From positions 210,001 through 242,000 of the forward strand of contig NZ_WUUQ01000001.1 of the NCBI RefSeq assembly GCF_009831105.1: a stretch of 32,000 nucleotides of DNA, read 5' to 3'. This document shows positions 31,437 through 32,000 of the stretch, piece after piece; the first letter of the stretch is position 1, and each line of letters begins with the position of its first letter. Under the pieces are notes generated by a model that saw nothing but the letters and a program-made list of their open reading frames with translations, searched no databases and was not told the DNA's origin. This stretch comes from Copranaerobaculum intestinale (GTDB lineage Bacteria > Bacillota_I > Bacilli_A > Erysipelotrichales > Erysipelotrichaceae). Both the position numbers and the translations under genes were made by a program.

Positions 31437-32000
31437 TTAATTTTTAATAATCTGCAAAATTTCCAGCGGGTTTTGAAGTACATAGCGGCAAGGGATATGC
31501 TGCGGGAGCACTTCTCCCCATTTGGCATAGGCGAACGGCACATGGACACTTTCGGCACATAGCGCATCATTGATAGAATCTCCGATAAACAGAATGTCTT
31601 CCGCGGCCAGACCGGTTATATCCATGAGATATTCTAAAGAATCCGGAGCCGGTTTGGGATGCTTGATCTCTTCCTGCGTCACGACCGTATCCAGCGCTTC
31701 ATGCGCCTCCTTACCCAACTGTTTGATCGCTTCATTCCACATCAAATGATTACGGGAGGTATTCACGCCTTGGCGGATTCCCAGTTCCTTGAGTTTCAAA
31801 ATTACTTCAACGATGTGGTCGAATGCCTGAACACTGTCCATCGCCTCGCTGTTTTCTCCGAAGCAGATGTGATGAAAGGTTTCTTCTTCCGACGGGGCAA
31901 TATTCAGATAATCACGGGTTTCCCGATCCGTGAAATAATAACAGCACACAAATTCCGAGCGCGGCTTATGAGGACGATCCGGATACATTCGATGGTATCC
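31437..32000 (-). CDS. HAD-IA family hydrolase (5' end outside the window)
   Basis: GVNTSR (motif II), KPAPD (motif III) and FIGDSINDALCAE (motif IV). No DxDxT motif is present in the window, and the frame is open to position 32000, so the ATG at 31988 is probably internal. Confidence 0.7.
   Translation of the reverse strand, partial: GYHRMYPDRPHKPRSEFVCCYYFTDRETRDYLNIAPSEEETFHHICFGENSEAMDSVQAFDHIVEVILKLKELGIRQGVNTSRNHLMWNEAIKQLGKEAHEALDTVVTQEEIKHPKPAPDSLEYLMDITGLAAEDILFIGDSINDALCAESVHVPFAYAKWGEVLPQHIPCRYVLQNPLEILQIIKN

Noticed and set aside
1-32000. CRISPR arrays, IS elements or transposases, integrases, prophage genes, toxin-antitoxin pairs, restriction-modification systems or known defence systems.
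   Set aside because: I saw no direct-repeat arrays, no terminal inverted repeats flanking genes, and no ORFs with recombinase, nuclease, methyltransferase or defence hallmarks. Nearly all ORFs are accounted for by metabolic or housekeeping families.

Overview
This is a mostly housekeeping chromosomal segment from a low-GC Bacillota-type genome. I call 34 protein genes, 30 of them on the minus strand. I see no rRNA, tRNA, CRISPR array, transposase, integrase or recognisable defence gene. No searches were run, so every family call rests on motifs read from the translations.

Genes in coordinate order:
- A SipW-type signal peptidase next to a TasA/camelysin-like secreted protein whose frame is broken by an in-frame TAG.
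- A LysR regulator, then about 600 bp with no credible ORF, then an orphan LytTR regulator.
- A PNPOx/Nim-like flavoprotein and a small acidic ORF preceded by two perfect palindromes.
- A translationally coupled operon: malic enzyme, aspartate ammonia-lyase, class I fumarase alpha and beta, and a CutC-HAD fusion. It sits just downstream of an asparaginase_2 / M20 dipeptidase pair.
- metK behind a SAM-I (S-box) riboswitch.
- A Cof-type HAD hydrolase and a 473-aa membrane protein.
- A block syntenic with the B. subtilis yabE-rnmV-ksgA-ispE-glmU-prs region, interrupted by a membrane-anchored XRE regulator and by a self-contained DUF3830 + helical-protein operon plus a glutaredoxin-like gene.
- An Opu-type osmoprotectant ABC transporter.
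- An Rrf2 / DUF302-fusion / thioredoxin / thioredoxin reductase operon.
- A MATE efflux gene with a terminator-like leader hairpin, and a partial HAD hydrolase at the window edge.

No clear novel multi-gene system such as defence, a mobile element or a biosynthetic cluster stands out. The most unusual items are:
- the amber-interrupted SipW substrate gene
- the DUF3830 + helical two-gene operon inserted into conserved synteny
- the CutC-HAD fusion coupled to C4-dicarboxylate enzymes
- the Rrf2-DUF302-Trx-TrxB operon
- leader hairpins in front of the Cof-HAD and MATE genes
- two unexplained non-coding stretches of roughly 0.5-0.6 kb
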